A stretch of 10,189 bases of DNA from a virus (Duplodnaviria > Heunggongvirae > Uroviricota > Caudoviricetes), in the IMG/VR virus record IMGVR_UViG_2541047699_000011; one strand, given 5' to 3'. The notes under the pieces were generated by a model, which saw nothing but the letters and a program-made list of their open reading frames with translations, was not told where the DNA came from and did not search any database. The stretch's first letter is position 1. Every line of letters begins with the position of its first letter. Positions 8,046-10,189 of the stretch are shown in pieces. Both the position numbers and the translations under genes were made by a program.

Positions 8046-9356
8046 ATGGCAGTACAGATTTCAGGCGTGCTGAAAGACGGTGCAGGAAAACCAATACAGA
8101 ACTGTACTATTCAGCTCAAAGCAAAGCGTAACAGCACCACGGTACTGGTGAACACGGTGGCCTCTGAAAATCCGGATGAAGCCGGGCGTTACAGCATGGA
8201 TGTTGAGTATGGCCAGTACAGCGTCACCCTGCTGGTTGAAGGTTTTCCGCCTTCACATGCCGGGACCATTACCGTCTATGAAGGTTCCAGACCAGGTACG
8301 CTGAATGATTTTCTCGGTGCCATGACGGAAGATGATGTCATGCCGGAGGCATTGCGTCGTTTTGAGGTAATGGTGGAGGATGTGGCACGCAACGCTGAAG
8401 CCGCCTCTCAGAGCGCAGCGGCAGCAAAGAAATCAGAAACAGCAGCGGCATCGTCCAGGAACGCGGCGAAAACATCAGAGACGAATGCAGGTAACAGCGC
8501 GAAAGCGGCAGCTTCTTCAAAAACAGCCGCACAAAACGCAGCAACAGCGGCAGAACGTTCAGAGACAAATGCCCGTGCGTCAGAAGAAGCCTCCGCAGAC
8601 AGTGAAGAGGCTTCCCGCCGTAATGCAGAGTCAGCCGCTGAAAATGCCGGAGTCGCCACCACAAAAGCGCGGGAGGCTGCAGCAGACGCAACAAAGGCCG
8701 GGCAGAAAAAGGATGAGGCTCTGTCGGCAGCGACACGAGCTGAAAAGGCGGCAGACCGCGCAGAAGCCGCAGCGGAAGTGACTGCAGAGCCCTATGCGAA
8801 TATAGTGCCGCCGCTGCCTGATGTGTGGATACCGTTTAACGATTCACTGGATATGATTGCGGGTTTTTCTCCGGGCTATAAAAAAATAGCTATTGGTGAC
8901 GATGTGGTTCAGGTCGCCAGTGATAAACAGGTTAATTTCAGTCGCGCATCAACGGCAACATATATCAACAAATCTGGCGAACTGAAAACGGCGGAAATTA
9001 ATGAGCCGCGATTTGAGTGTGATGGCCTGCTTATTGAGGGACAAAGAACGAACTACATGCTCAATTCGGAAAGTCCAGCCAGCTGGGGGAAGTCATCAAA
9101 CATGGATGTGCCCGAAACCGGGACGGATAGTTTTGGTTTTACTTATGGAAAGTTTGTCTGCAACGATTCTCTGGTTGGGCAAACTTCGGCTATTAATATG
9201 GCATCAATTGCTGCAACAAAGTCAGTTGATGTCTCAGGCGATAACAAGTACGTGACAACCTCATGCCGTTTTAAAACAGAACGACAGGTAAGGTTACGTA
9301 TACGGTTTGATAAGTATGATGGTAGTGCAACAACTTTTCTTGGCGATGCGTACTGA
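8046..9356 (+). CDS. stf: side tail fibre protein (Stf-like), N-terminal ~436 aa, 3' end truncated by an IS insertion
   Basis: ATG at 8046 with GGAG 5 nt upstream; MAVQISGVLKDGAGKPIQNCTIQLKAKRNSTTV...GRYSMDVEYGQYSVTL matches the lambda Stf N-terminus, followed by an Ala/Ser/Glu-rich repetitive shaft; the stop TGA (9354-9356) is the first three bases of the IS end. Confidence 0.75.
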   Translation: MAVQISGVLKDGAGKPIQNCTIQLKAKRNSTTVLVNTVASENPDEAGRYSMDVEYGQYSVTLLVEGFPPSHAGTITVYEGSRPGTLNDFLGAMTEDDVMPEALRRFEVMVEDVARNAEAASQSAAAAKKSETAAASSRNAAKTSETNAGNSAKAAASSKTAAQNAATAAERSETNARASEEASADSEEASRRNAESAAENAGVATTKAREAAADATKAGQKKDEALSAATRAEKAADRAEAAAEVTAEPYANIVPPLPDVWIPFNDSLDMIAGFSPGYKKIAIGDDVVQVASDKQVNFSRASTATYINKSGELKTAEINEPRFECDGLLIEGQRTNYMLNSESPASWGKSSNMDVPETGTDSFGFTYGKFVCNDSLVGQTSAINMASIAATKSVDVSGDNKYVTTSCRFKTERQVRLRIRFDKYDGSATTFLGDAY

Positions 9357-9425
9357 AGTGGTTTACTGAATTTGGCCACCTGAACAGAGGTGATATGCTC
9401 ACCTCAGAACAACACAGGTGCCATA

Positions 9426-10189
<764 letters not shown>

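Noticed and set aside
8380-8781. 133-aa R/Q-rich + strand ORF, plus 132- and 84-aa - strand ORFs, within stf
   Set aside because: Alternative-frame artefacts of the GC/A-rich repeat that encodes the Ala-rich Stf shaft.

Overview
This window reads as a rearranged, defective lambdoid prophage of the DLP12 / phage-21 type from an enterobacterium (E. coli-like), not as a novel system. On the + strand it carries a 'nin'-region block (NinB-family ybcN, ninE, ybcO, rusA, ylcG) and the late antiterminator quuD. An apparently intact porin moron (nmpC) follows on the - strand, then an AT-rich spacer and the pinholin essD. The most unusual feature is one 1196-codon ORF in which the first ~66 codons of a SAR endolysin (rrrD / phage-21 R type) run in frame into an almost full-length lambda-J-type tail-tip host-specificity protein. 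This implies a deletion that removed the endolysin catalytic domain, the spanins and the whole packaging/head/tail module. Downstream are an intrinsic terminator, a side-tail-fibre gene (stf-like) with no lom between J and stf, and an IS911-like IS3-family element that truncates stf and runs off the window end. All protein identifications are from reading the translations and from recalled family knowledge; no database search was run.
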